Shown here: piece after piece, positions 54,660 to 64,000 of the stretch
How positions within the stretch are numbered: position 1 is the stretch's first letter
How the letters are laid out: every line of letters begins with the position of its first letter
Virus record (IMG/VR): IMGVR_UViG_3300032246_001783
Location: 7,592 to 71,591 of that record
Length of the DNA: 64,000 bases
From: a virus
Reading direction: 5' to 3' (one strand)
Made by a program: the position numbers and the translations under genes
The notes under the pieces: generated by a model
The model's input: only the letters and a program-made list of their open reading frames with translations
Told to the model about the DNA's origin: nothing
The model's database searches: none

Positions 54660-57600
54660 CGTTTAAGATCTCGTATTTCTTGCTGTAGAGCCAGTATCTG
54701 CTGCTGTTGTTCTTTGATCGCTTCAACTAACAAACCCACCAAGTTACCATAGCCCACAGTGAGTCTATCACCAGTTTCAGAGACCGCAGCAGGTACCAGT
54801 GGCTGTACTTCTTGTGCGATCAGGCCCAGACCAGGTTCACTATTGTGCGTCCACTTGTACTCAACACCTCGCATCTGTAGCACAGTATTTAGAGCGTTGG
54901 TAATAGTGGTGATGTCTTTCTTGAAATTAACATCCGAAGTAGACTGTAGTACTGTGGCATAAGCCGTTCCGCCTACCCAAAGGTCACTGCCAATACCTGC
55001 GCCACCGGTGACCTGCAGTGCCCCGGTACTGGATGATGTGGCATTGGCCGCACTGCGTACTCCCACGGTACCATTAACATCAAGTAGAGCACTAGGAGTG
55101 GTTGTACCTATGCCCATATTGCCCACACTGTCTATTCTAAATCTTTCTACGGTACCTGCTGCCACAATCACTGTGCCAGTCATACCCGCTGTGCCACTCA
55201 CGCTGCCTATTATGGTATTATTGGTGCCAGTGGTAATACTGTTGCCGGCCTGGTAACCTATGGCAATATTGTATTGACCGGTACTAACCGCATACAAGGA
55301 GTTATCACCTAAACTGGTGTTGTAACTTCCTCCAAAATTGTTTACTTGGCTGTATGCTCCTACAGCAGTATTGTAAGACTGACCAGTTACTTGATATAGA
55401 CTTTGATAACCTACCCCCGTATTTCTAGTACCACTGGTGATCAATCTTATTGATTGGCCACCAACTGCGGTATTATAATCACCGGTTACTGTAGTATTTC
55501 CTTCTAAGGCTTGATAACCAATTCCCACACTATATTGTGCTGTAGTTATTCCATAGCCTGCGTAGCAGCCTATACCGGTATTAGCAGTTCCGCTAGTATT
55601 GCTATAAAGTGCTCTATATCCAAAGGCAGAGTTGAAACTTTGTGTAGTGAGTGCGGTCAGTGCGTCGGCACCAAACGCTACGTTATAGGCACCAGTTGTA
55701 ATAGCAAAACCCGCTCTATATCCTAGTAAACTATTATTGCTACCCGAAGAATTAGTGGCCCCTGCATTCGAGCCTACAGCAACGTTGTTCGATCCACCAT
55801 TATTGCTGCCTAGAGAATTATATCCTATAGCAGTATTGTGGTAATCAGTGGATTGAATATCCAATGCCTGAGATCCCACAGCGGTATTATATCGACCAGT
55901 GGTGTTGCTGTTCATTGAAAGGTAACCGACAGCAACATTGTCTGTACCTGTACTATTGGTGTCCAACGCACCATTACCGACCACAGTGTTATAAAGATTA
56001 GCACCAACCCCTCGACCGACTCGCACTCCATTATGATATGCATCTAGGCCTGTGTACAGTGCGCCGCCAATACCCACTCCGCCTATGACCTGTAGTGCAC
56101 CGGTAGTAGTACTCGAAGCAGCAGTTGTTCCCGATATTGTAGCAGATGTTGCGGCTACTGTACCAGCAACATCAAGAGCCACAGAAGGCACAGATTTACC
56201 TGTTCCAATACCAACATTACCAGCAAAATAGTTTTGTGCGGTACCTGTGGCATATACATTCCATTTACCAGTTCCACTTGCGATAGTACCAAGAAATCCA
56301 TAGGCATTGGTTGCTGCCGTACCTAATGTGGCATCTGCTACGAATCCGTAGGCATTGGTGATGGTACTGCCTGCACCCACTGTGCCAACACCTGCATGAA
56401 AAGCACGATATCCATTAAGAGTAAATGAAGTAGCCTGGGTGTTCATAGATACTAGAACACCATAACTGGTTACAGTTACATCAGACTGTACGGTATTACT
56501 GGCATTAAATGATCCTACAGTTGTGCCACCAGTTAGAGTAATGTTGTTACTAAATCCATATCGAGGATTAGTACCGTTAATGCCAATATTACCAAGACCG
56601 GGCAGTATCGAAAAAGCACTGGTGGTATAAAAAGATTGTACAGTGGGAGTAGCATTATTAGCAGAAACAAAAGTCAAATAGTGACTAGCAGTAGAAGTTT
56701 GTGCCACCGTAGTAACTTGGCTTGCGGTGCTGGCATTGTCCGCAACCACCGCTCTACCAACATATGTAGTGCTAGTATTGGCCAATGAGTAGGCAACAGC
56801 AGCACTGGTGGCAGTTACAGCATTAGCCGCTGTATTGGCGTAGCCCACATAGATGCTACCAGTAGTCACAAATGTAGCAGTATTAGCACCCATTTGTAAT
56901 AAGGATCCAGTAGTACCGGTGCTGATGAAGCCGCTTACACCGGGACTTATCTGATAGTGTATTGCTCCCGCAGTACCACCTGCTAGATTAGTAGCAGTTA
57001 CAGCATTGCCCACATAGATACTACTAGTAGTCACAAATGTAGCAGTATTTGCCCCCATTTGTAATATTGTGCCTGCGGTACCTGTGCCGATAAATCCTGT
57101 AACCCCTGCTGCGGTTTGATAAAGTATCTGTCCTAACAGCCCGCCCGCTACACTAGTCGCTGTTCCTGCACTTAATGTTCCTACTGACACAAAACTAGCA
57201 GTACTACCATCACTTTGTAAAACTTGACCTGCACTACCTATGTTAATAAACTGAGTAACTCCTGCGGCTGTTTGATAAGGAATTGATCCACCAGCACCTC
57301 CCCTAATATTAGTAGCAGTTACAGCATTGCCTACATAGATACTGCCTGTAGTTACAAATGTAGCAGTATTAGCACCCATTTGTAATATTGAACCAGTAGT
57401 ACCGGTGCTGATGTATTGAGTTATACCTGCTGCTGTTTGGTAAGGGATTTGCCCTAATAATCCACCCGATAGATTTGTGGCTGTAGTGGCACTGCCTATT
57501 GTTAAACTACCTGCGTTAGCCAGTGAGTAGGCAACAGCAGCACTGGTAGCAGTTACAGCATTAGCCGCTGTATTGGCATAACCCACATAGATACTGCCTG

Positions 57601-60433
57601 TAGTTACAAATGTTGCTGTATTTGCTCCCATTTGTAATAAGGAGCCAATAGTACCAGTACCAATATAACCGCTTACACCGGGACTTACTTGATAGTGTAT
57701 TGCTCCCGCAGTACCACCCGCTAGATTAGTGGCTGTAGTGGCACTGCCTATTGTTAAACTACCTGCGTTGGCCAATGAATAAGCAACGGCAGCACTGGTA
57801 GCGGTTACAGCATTAGCCGCTGTGTTGGCATAGCCCACATAGATACTGCCTGTAGTTACAAATGTTGCTGTATTTGCTCCCATTTGTAATAAGGATCCAG
57901 CAGTACCAGTACCAATGTATTGAGTTATACCTGCTGAATTCTGATAGGGTATCTGACCTGCTGCTCCGCCTGCTAGGTTTGTGGCTGTCGAAACAGTACC
58001 AGATATGCTGGTTAATCCAAATATAGTACCGCCAACATACAAGTTACCGCCGATGCCTACACCACCTATGACCTGTAATGCTCCTGTTGTGGTACTTGAA
58101 GCAGCAGTTGTTCCGCTGACGCTAAAATCGCCTCCGTAGGTCAACGGACCAGATCCTGTTCTACCCAATGCCAATGTATTGCTATTGCCGAAAATAATAT
58201 AACCATTAGCATTATTTTGATTACCAGTTACTCTAAATGTGTTGGCTTGATCTACATCACCGATCCAAGCATCATCTCCGATAAGGATATTGAAACCGTT
58301 TGTATTGCTATTAGCAGCAATCTGCTTGGCTGTCAATATTCCAGACACTGGATTTACATAGACCGTGCTGGTTGTATAAACACTTTTTGCTGTGGCAGTG
58401 GCATTATTTGAATCAACGAATGTCAAGAAATAATTTGCGCTAGCACCTTGCGCCACAGTGTTTACCTGGGCAGCAGCGGATGCAAATCCCACCTGTAAAC
58501 TTGATGTATTGGCCAGTGAGTAGGCAACAGCAGCACTGGTAGCAGTTACAGCATTAGCCGCCGTATTGGCATAGCCTACATAGATACTAGATGTAGTTAC
58601 AAATGTTGCCGTAGAAGCGCCCATTTGTAATAAACTACCTGTAACCCCGGCGCCAATAAAACCGCTTACACCGGGACTTACTTGATAGTGTATTGCTCCT
58701 GCTGTACCACCTGCTAGATTAGTAGCAGTGTTTATTGATACGGTACCAATAGTACCGTTAAATGTGCCATAGATACTGGTGGCGGTTAAAATACCATTAA
58801 TATATGCGCCGCCGTTGACAGCAAATTTTTCCCCAGAGTAACCATTAGTTCCCCCAATCACCACTATGTTGTTAGTGCCGGATGTAACAGTTAATATAGT
58901 CGCACCATTAGTCTCAGATACATCATCTTCTCTGATAAGTCTGAATGTATCGAAATAATTGTCAATGCTCCACCTATATGCTCGACCACGAAGAACAACT
59001 TGGCCGCCTTCACCGGCAGGATCAGTTATAGATTCGATTCTACCATTAACAACCAATTTACTGCTGGTAGTTAAGAAAGAAGTATTGACACCCACTTGAC
59101 CAGTTGAAGGATTAATTATGAATGTACCAGTTGTATAAACACTTTTTGCTGTGGCAGTGGCACTGTTAGTGTCAACAAATGTTAGATAATATGTAGAACT
59201 AGCAGGTTGTGCTAGAGTGTTGATCTGAGAGGCTGCGGCTGCGTATCCCACCTGTAAACTTGATGTATTAGCCAATGAATAAGCAACAGCAGCACTGGTA
59301 GCAGTTACAGCATTAGCCGCTGTGTTGGCATAACCTACATAGATACTACTAGTGGTTACAAATGTAGCAGTATTTGCTCCCATTTGTAATAAGGAGCCAG
59401 TGGTTCCGGTGCCTATGTATTGAGTTATACCTGCTGAATTCTGATAAGGAATCTGGCCTAGTAGTCCACCTGCTAGATTAGTGGCTGTGGTAGCATTGCC
59501 TGCTGTTATTGTTCCCAATGAGGTCCATTGTGGTGCTGTTGCTCCTACATTAACTGTCAGTATCTGGCCCGAAGTTCCTATCGATAAATTAGTTGTAGCA
59601 CCGACACCACTTTGATAGATAATAGCCCCGGTAGTTCCACCTGCTACATTGGTAGCAGTATTTGAGTACACCGCCTGAGTAGCATATCCTACATAGATAT
59701 TGCCTGTTGTTACAAACGTAGCAGTAGTAGCGCCGCCCATCTGTAATAAACTACCCGCAGTACCAGTGCCGATATATTGAGTTATACCTGCTGAATTTTG
59801 ATAGGGTATCTGACCCAGTTGCCCGCCCCTAATATTAGTAGCAGTAACAGCATTGGCCACATAGATATTGGCAGTGGTCACAAATGTAGCGGTATTTGCT
59901 CCCATTTGTAGCAATGAGCCATTTGTACCGGTACCTATGTATTGAGTTATACCTGCTGAATTCTGATAGGGTATCTGACCTGCTGATCCGCCTGCTAGAT
60001 TAGTTGCAGTGGAAATAACACCCGATGCGCTAATTGTGCCATATATAGTCCCGCCTACATAAAGATCTCGACCTATGCCCACACCTCCAGAGACCTGCAG
60101 TACACCACTAGCGGTGCTGGTTGCGTTAGTAGTTCCCAGAATGCTCACATAACCATTATACTGTGCCAGTTTGATTTGACCCGTGTCAAGCACTTCAATT
60201 GAGGGGATGCCCGAAACGTCATTAACAGAAAAAATTGTTCCTGTAAAACTGTTTGAAATACTGAACAGTTGGCCTGCCGAACCTTCAAAACTCAGTGTAC
60301 CGTTGGTACTGGTATATACATTCAGCGTAATTGTCGAAGAACTACCCGAACTGGCTGCAGTGAACGCAATTTTAGGATCAGCAGTCTGCCCTTTGTTTGG
60401 GGTAATAATTATGTTTTTGTCTACTAACGCCAT
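54656..60433 (-). CDS. long tail fibre with C-terminal intramolecular chaperone (peptidase S74)
   Basis: Gly/Thr/Ala-rich repeats, GIGT motifs, N.A.G...L beta-roll repeats, TSDVNFKKDI cleavage motif, GLIAQEV, terminal coiled coil. Confidence 0.88.
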   Translation of the reverse strand: MALVDKNIIITPNKGQTADPKIAFTAASSGSSSTITLNVYTSTNGTLSFEGSAGQLFSISNSFTGTIFSVNDVSGIPSIEVLDTGQIKLAQYNGYVSILGTTNATSTASGVLQVSGGVGIGRDLYVGGTIYGTISASGVISTATNLAGGSAGQIPYQNSAGITQYIGTGTNGSLLQMGANTATFVTTANIYVANAVTATNIRGGQLGQIPYQNSAGITQYIGTGTAGSLLQMGGATTATFVTTGNIYVGYATQAVYSNTATNVAGGTTGAIIYQSGVGATTNLSIGTSGQILTVNVGATAPQWTSLGTITAGNATTATNLAGGLLGQIPYQNSAGITQYIGTGTTGSLLQMGANTATFVTTSSIYVGYANTAANAVTATSAAVAYSLANTSSLQVGYAAAASQINTLAQPASSTYYLTFVDTNSATATAKSVYTTGTFIINPSTGQVGVNTSFLTTSSKLVVNGRIESITDPAGEGGQVVLRGRAYRWSIDNYFDTFRLIREDDVSETNGATILTVTSGTNNIVVIGGTNGYSGEKFAVNGGAYINGILTATSIYGTFNGTIGTVSINTATNLAGGTAGAIHYQVSPGVSGFIGAGVTGSLLQMGASTATFVTTSSIYVGYANTAANAVTATSAAVAYSLANTSSLQVGFASAAAQVNTVAQGASANYFLTFVDSNNATATAKSVYTTSTVYVNPVSGILTAKQIAANSNTNGFNILIGDDAWIGDVDQANTFRVTGNQNNANGYIIFGNSNTLALGRTGSGPLTYGGDFSVSGTTAASSTTTGALQVIGGVGIGGNLYVGGTIFGLTSISGTVSTATNLAGGAAGQIPYQNSAGITQYIGTGTAGSLLQMGANTATFVTTGSIYVGYANTAANAVTATSAAVAYSLANAGSLTIGSATTATNLAGGTAGAIHYQVSPGVSGYIGTGTIGSLLQMGANTATFVTTGSIYVGYANTAANAVTATSAAVAYSLANAGSLTIGSATTATNLSGGLLGQIPYQTAAGITQYISTGTTGSILQMGANTATFVTTGSIYVGNAVTATNIRGGAGGSIPYQTAAGVTQFINIGSAGQVLQSDGSTASFVSVGTLSAGTATSVAGGLLGQILYQTAAGVTGFIGTGTAGTILQMGANTATFVTTSSIYVGNAVTATNLAGGTAGAIHYQISPGVSGFISTGTTGSLLQMGANTATFVTTGSIYVGYANTAANAVTATSAAVAYSLANTSTTYVGRAVVADNASTASQVTTVAQTSTASHYLTFVSANNATPTVQSFYTTSAFSILPGLGNIGINGTNPRYGFSNNITLTGGTTVGSFNASNTVQSDVTVTSYGVLVSMNTQATSFTLNGYRAFHAGVGTVGAGSTITNAYGFVADATLGTAATNAYGFLGTIASGTGKWNVYATGTAQNYFAGNVGIGTGKSVPSVALDVAGTVAATSATISGTTAASSTTTGALQVIGGVGIGGALYTGLDAYHNGVRVGRGVGANLYNTVVGNGALDTNSTGTDNVAVGYLSMNSNTTGRYNTAVGSQALDIQSTDYHNTAIGYNSLGSNNGGSNNVAVGSNAGATNSSGSNNSLLGYRAGFAITTGAYNVAFGADALTALTTQSFNSAFGYRALYSNTSGTANTGIGCYAGYGITTAQYSVGIGYQALEGNTTVTGDYNTAVGGQSIRLITSGTRNTGVGYQSLYQVTGQSYNTAVGAYSQVNNFGGSYNTSLGDNSLYAVSTGQYNIAIGYQAGNSITTGTNNTIIGSVSGTAGMTGTVIVAAGTVERFRIDSVGNMGIGTTTPSALLDVNGTVGVRSAANATSSSTGALQVTGGAGIGSDLWVGGTAYATVLQSTSDVNFKKDITTITNALNTVLQMRGVEYKWTHNSEPGLGLIAQEVQPLVPAAVSETGDRLTVGYGNLVGLLVEAIKEQQQQILALQQEIRDLKR
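56770..60010 (-). repeat. about 11 internal coding repeats of the tail fibre
   Basis: ATN(L/I/V).GG..G.I.YQ...G....IGTG..GSLLQMGANTATFVTT.SIYVG; near-identical DNA between copies; boundaries approximate. Confidence 0.85.
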
Positions 60434-60475
60434 AGTTTTAGATCCTAAGAATTGCTATTTGATATTTATGCTACC

Positions 60476-60532
60476 TTACAGCCCGTAGATTCCTCGGACT
60501 GCGTTAAAGTTCTGTTTTACTTCAGCTGCCGA
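60476..60532 (-). pseudogene. orphan 3' remnant of a LamG-family gene
   Basis: Translates SAAEVKQNFNAVRGIYGL*, matching the C-termini of 61565..62314 and 62314..62994; in-frame stops lie just upstream. Confidence 0.7.
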
Positions 60533-60806
60533 AATTTTCAGATGAATGGGTTATTATTTCTCCATACACACTATTTTCGGATTCTGCTCGAATTGCCCTT
60601 ACGAAATTATCAGAATTTAAGTTGTTTTGTAATAGTGTATCATCAATGCATCGCCAAAAATCAGCAATTACTTCTGGAGAACATTCACAAGAAGATACTA
60701 TTCTGTAAGGTACAGCTCCGAAAGGAGCACAGCTAAAATCATGTTCGCTTATTACATCGGCTGATTTTATTCCGTTTGTTGTTAAAATAAAAAATCTATA
60801 ATCCAT
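60522..60806 (-). CDS. hypothetical protein
   Basis: 94-aa ORF starting directly after the upstream stop. Confidence 0.55.
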   Translation of the reverse strand: MDYRFFILTTNGIKSADVISEHDFSCAPFGAVPYRIVSSCECSPEVIADFWRCIDDTLLQNNLNSDNFVRAIRAESENSVYGEIITHSSENFGS

Positions 60807-61568
60807 TTATCTCACCATGATCATGTATTGATTTGTGCCGCCGTATCTATTATTACCGGCTGTTAAATATGTACCACTTAAAAAGTTTCCGCTTCCGTCA
60901 GAACTTGATCCTCCGCACCACGGACCGCTATAGCCCAATGCAGAATCAGAGCCGCAATATGTTGTAATCATGCTTGTTGGAGATCCTCCGTATGTTCCAA
61001 ACCCACAACAATCTCTCATATAATATAAGTTGTTAGTTGTTCCTGTAGCAGGGTATCCTATGGCTCCTTGCATACCGGGGAAATTTGTAAATTGGTAAAC
61101 ACTGGTATCAGTTTTTAAAACTGAAGGTGTCCCGCCCTGCTGAGTATCGCTTGTCATAAATGTGCTATATGTCAACTCCGATTCTTTAAAAATAAAAGAT
61201 CCCCAGGAATTGTTGTTTATGTTGGCTCTGTTTCCAAATATGAATGAGGTAAATGTTGCATTGTTATGCCAATACGTCCACCAACCTGCTTGGTATGCTC
61301 GACTAAAGTCCTGTATGCTGCCTATAGGACCGCCTTGCCATCCCCAATTCTGACTGTTGTATGTTACGTTAGATGGATCGCTTCTTGCAATCATCATCCA
61401 GCCGCCGCCGTCTGTGGTCATATCACACCACACAATTTGACCTGGTGAAGACGACCCCTGCGGGTATAAACAATAATAATTATCTTGTCCGAAAAGAAAA
61501 GGATAGGTTGTCAATAACTCAGTAGCAGTTCGACAATTTCTATTGTTCGGGCCAGCATAAACACTCAT
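60807..61568 (-). CDS. fibrinogen C-terminal-like domain protein
   Basis: VWCDMTTDGGGWMMIAR signature; Cys-rich; ends in IMVR. Confidence 0.75.
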   Translation of the reverse strand: MSVYAGPNNRNCRTATELLTTYPFLFGQDNYYCLYPQGSSSPGQIVWCDMTTDGGGWMMIARSDPSNVTYNSQNWGWQGGPIGSIQDFSRAYQAGWWTYWHNNATFTSFIFGNRANINNNSWGSFIFKESELTYSTFMTSDTQQGGTPSVLKTDTSVYQFTNFPGMQGAIGYPATGTTNNLYYMRDCCGFGTYGGSPTSMITTYCGSDSALGYSGPWCGGSSSDGSGNFLSGTYLTAGNNRYGGTNQYMIMVR

Positions 61569-62314
61569 AGATCGAATCTCCCACGAAGTGCGTTAAAATT
61601 TTGTAGCAGTTCAGCGTCAGTAAGTGTTCGATTATAAAATCTAACAAATGCTACTTTTCCAGAATAATTTAAAGTACCTCCATAAAATCCGCGACCAATT
61701 AGAAATCCTTCGCCGCCCGGTGACCATCGCGGGGTTCCGGTATAGGTTATAGTACTCACAAGAGATCCATTAACAAATGTTCTTAGTGTTTTAGCACTGT
61801 CATCAGTTACTTGACTAACATATATCCAGGTACCGGTTGTACAGGCAGTATTTGCTGTAGCAGAAGTGAACCAACCGTTAATTTTGGCGATAACGTCGGT
61901 GGTGTTAATCTCGGCACTGATTATCCCATTTCTAATTCCAAAACCTATAGGACTGTTGCCTTCGAATGTTCGTGGACTAATCGGTCGACATTCTGTGGGT
62001 TGGCCGGCTGATGCAAAAAAATTGTCAATATTTATACAGGCTTCTAAAGTTAAATTAATAGTATTGCTGGTTATCGATGTCCCAGTTATTTGATAATAGG
62101 TTACAACATCGGTGGCACTGGTTGCTGAAAAAGTAATGTACGAGTTGGTTCCAGACACTGTTCCTGAACTGAGATTTTGAACAGTTATTGTGGCCGGGGT
62201 TGAGCTCAGAGTATTCCAAGTGGTCCCCGATCCGGAATAACTTTTAATATTGGCAGCATCTAGATATAGTACTAAATCTGACATAACAATTGAGGGGCTG
62301 TGTGATAGAGACAT
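61565..62314 (-). CDS. LamG/concanavalin-like lectin domain protein
   Basis: LVLYLDAAN..SY.GSG..W, FVNG, IG, YNR.L...E..QNF.A.RGR. Confidence 0.8.
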   Translation of the reverse strand: MSLSHSPSIVMSDLVLYLDAANIKSYSGSGTTWNTLSSTPATITVQNLSSGTVSGTNSYITFSATSATDVVTYYQITGTSITSNTINLTLEACINIDNFFASAGQPTECRPISPRTFEGNSPIGFGIRNGIISAEINTTDVIAKINGWFTSATANTACTTGTWIYVSQVTDDSAKTLRTFVNGSLVSTITYTGTPRWSPGGEGFLIGRGFYGGTLNYSGKVAFVRFYNRTLTDAELLQNFNALRGRFDL

Positions 62315-62994
62315 TATATTCCGTACCTCCCACGAAGTGCGTAGAAGTTTTGTTGGATTTCGTCGGCGGATAGTGCTTGATTATAAATCATAGTACTGCT
62401 AATTGACCCATTAAAATATCTTGGCCCGGCTGCCGGATCTCGACCTACATTAAAAATTCCAAAAGTCACAGAAGAATGGCTTACAGGATTCGTAGCCCTG
62501 GTTATTCCCGAGGACTGACAAAGATATGCAGTTGCAGATGTAGATGAAATGCTAATAGCACACATACACCATTGATTATCTGGTACTGTTAAACCAGAAT
62601 CCCAAACATAAGTATTGCTTGCATTATTCCAATGATAACCTATTCGATTAGTCGTGTCTAGAAAATTTAATCCATTTGCGGACGAGGTTCTGTCAAATAA
62701 AATTCCAGCATAAGACATTTGACTTCCATTTCGTTTTAACCAGACTAAAAATGTAGCAGCCGATACTGTGCCAACGCTGGCACTGGTGATGGCATAGTCA
62801 TTAGTACCATCAAACACTATCTGCCCATTGTTAGTACCGCTATATGTTGGTCCATTGGTCAATGTTCCAGTATTACCATTACCACTCAAATCATTCCACG
62901 CAGTTCCTGATCCAGGATAACTTTTTGTGTTAGCCGCATCTAGATATAGCACCAACCCATTAGTTACCACACTGGTATTATATGCTACACTCAT
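62314..62994 (-). CDS. LamG/concanavalin-like lectin domain protein
   Basis: GLVLYLDAAN, FDGTNDY, FNG.I....IYN.ALS..EI. Confidence 0.82.
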   Translation of the reverse strand: MSVAYNTSVVTNGLVLYLDAANTKSYPGSGTAWNDLSGNGNTGTLTNGPTYSGTNNGQIVFDGTNDYAITSASVGTVSAATFLVWLKRNGSQMSYAGILFDRTSSANGLNFLDTTNRIGYHWNNASNTYVWDSGLTVPDNQWCMCAISISSTSATAYLCQSSGITRATNPVSHSSVTFGIFNVGRDPAAGPRYFNGSISSTMIYNQALSADEIQQNFYALRGRYGI

Positions 62995-62997
62995 ATC

Positions 62998-63999
62998 TCA
63001 ACTTTCAACTTCAAGTTTGCCAAGATCTTTACGTTCTGCCCAAACTGTATAGTAGCAGTCAATGGTCGTGTTCAAGAGATTTCCGTTGCCTATGGTTATT
63101 CTATTATTATCTATTGTTTGAACAAACAGTTTTTGATATGACCCGATAGGTGTCAACTGAACTGTGATAGAAGATTGGTCCACTAGATTAATCCAGTAGT
63201 CCGGTAATTCAATTACCGATCCCTGTAATCTACCTCTTACATATACACCAAACTCAGGACCCTCAAGACTACCGTGTCGTAGAGTTTTTCCCGGTATACT
63301 CGGATGTGGTATTACGAAACTCTTGCTAATAGCATTTAGTGCTCCACCGATGTTTACATCACCGCCTATTCCTGCACCACCGGTGACCAACAATGCACCA
63401 GTCTGTGTGGATGTTGACGATGCTGTGCTACCAATTCGAACTACACCAGTACTGGGAGTTATTGAGAAACTACTGGTTGTGTAAACACTTTTCCCAGTAG
63501 CGGTGGCGTTGTTAGCATCAACGAATGCGGGGTAATAAGTTGCGTTTGCTGTTTGTGCTAGAGTGATTACCTGAGAAGCAGTTGATGCCACACCAGCAAC
63601 TGTGCCAGCAAATGTACCATAAATGTTACCACCTACATATAAATCACGACCTATACCTGCACCGCCAACTACCTGCAGTGCCCCTGTAGTAGTCGATGTT
63701 GCGTTTACATTACTGGTTATAGTAGCAGTATTGCCTACATATAAATTTCCACCAATACCAGCACCACCTGTTATCTGTAGTGCTCCAGTGACCGTACTTG
63801 ATGCTTGTGTGGTATTAGTAACAGTTGTGATGCCTGTAATTCTAGCACCGCCACTGACATCTAATTTATATAGTGGACTCGAAGTACCAATACCAACTTT
63901 ACCGCTAGTGGTTGAAATATAGACATTACCTGTACTAATACTGTTAAGATATATGTGGCCTGTTCCGTATATACTTGTTGGATCAAGATACCAGTTGTA
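62998..63999 (-). CDS. tail fibre protein, C-terminal part (5' end outside the window)
   Basis: Frame is open to the window edge (YNWYLDPTS...GKVGIGTSSP); GALQV.GG.GIG repeats; KSFVIPHP...LRHGSLEGPE C-terminus. Confidence 0.8.
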   Translation of the reverse strand, partial: YNWYLDPTSIYGTGHIYLNSISTGNVYISTTSGKVGIGTSSPLYKLDVSGGARITGITTVTNTTQASSTVTGALQITGGAGIGGNLYVGNTATITSNVNATSTTTGALQVVGGAGIGRDLYVGGNIYGTFAGTVAGVASTASQVITLAQTANATYYPAFVDANNATATGKSVYTTSSFSITPSTGVVRIGSTASSTSTQTGALLVTGGAGIGGDVNIGGALNAISKSFVIPHPSIPGKTLRHGSLEGPEFGVYVRGRLQGSVIELPDYWINLVDQSSITVQLTPIGSYQKLFVQTIDNNRITIGNGNLLNTTIDCYYTVWAERKDLGKLEVES

Positions 64000-64000
64000 A

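Noticed and set aside
47305-62994. Diversity-generating retroelement acting on adhesin genes
   Set aside because: No reverse transcriptase is present, and no non-coding template repeat differing only at adenines was seen; the 60476-60532 remnant differs at non-A positions too.
1-64000. Alternative genetic code (stop-codon reassignment)
   Set aside because: Core genes are full length under the standard bacterial code, and TAA, TGA and TAG all terminate genes.
1-64000. tRNA or other structured RNA genes
   Set aside because: No cloverleaf with T-loop/D-loop consensus was recognised in the short intergenic gaps; a tRNAscan-SE/Infernal run is needed to exclude them.

Overview
A 64-kb fragment of a large, AT-rich lytic myovirus genome. 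It has T4-like core genes in an arrangement reminiscent of Rak2/GAP32-type and uncultured freshwater jumbo phages, and sigma70-type promoters plus algH/psiE/hldE-like genes suggest a proteobacterial host. Left to right: (1) 1-11.4 kb, accessory region with a T7 gp0.7-like kinase, PsiE, a sulfotransferase-like + QueC-like pair, an array of short ORFs sharing a fixed junction sequence, a 5'(3')-nucleotidase, a Pol-beta NTase and YqgE/AlgH; (2) 11.4-25.7 kb, replication/recombination (helicase, primase, mini-DnaE, UvsW, UvsY, UvsX, gp32) with an embedded NDP-heptose synthesis operon; (3) 25.8-41.7 kb, packaging and virion genes (terminase, gp4, tube, sheath, gp13, gp14, gp15) and a dNMP kinase; (4) 42-47 kb, glycosyltransferases (including two GT9/heptosyltransferase-like) and a sulfotransferase; (5) 47-64 kb, RCC1-repeat proteins, Ser/Thr-rich tail fibres, and fibrinogen-like and LamG lectin-like proteins. 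The best candidate for an undescribed system is phage-encoded heptosylation/sulfation of its own tail fibres and adhesins. Other notable signals are apparently leaderless late genes, a probable non-AUG start for gp15, a start-less reading frame suggesting a +1 frameshift, and two cassette-like gene arrays. No tRNA, rRNA, CRISPR array, integrase or reverse transcriptase was recognised. All product calls come from motif recognition by eye; no database search was run.
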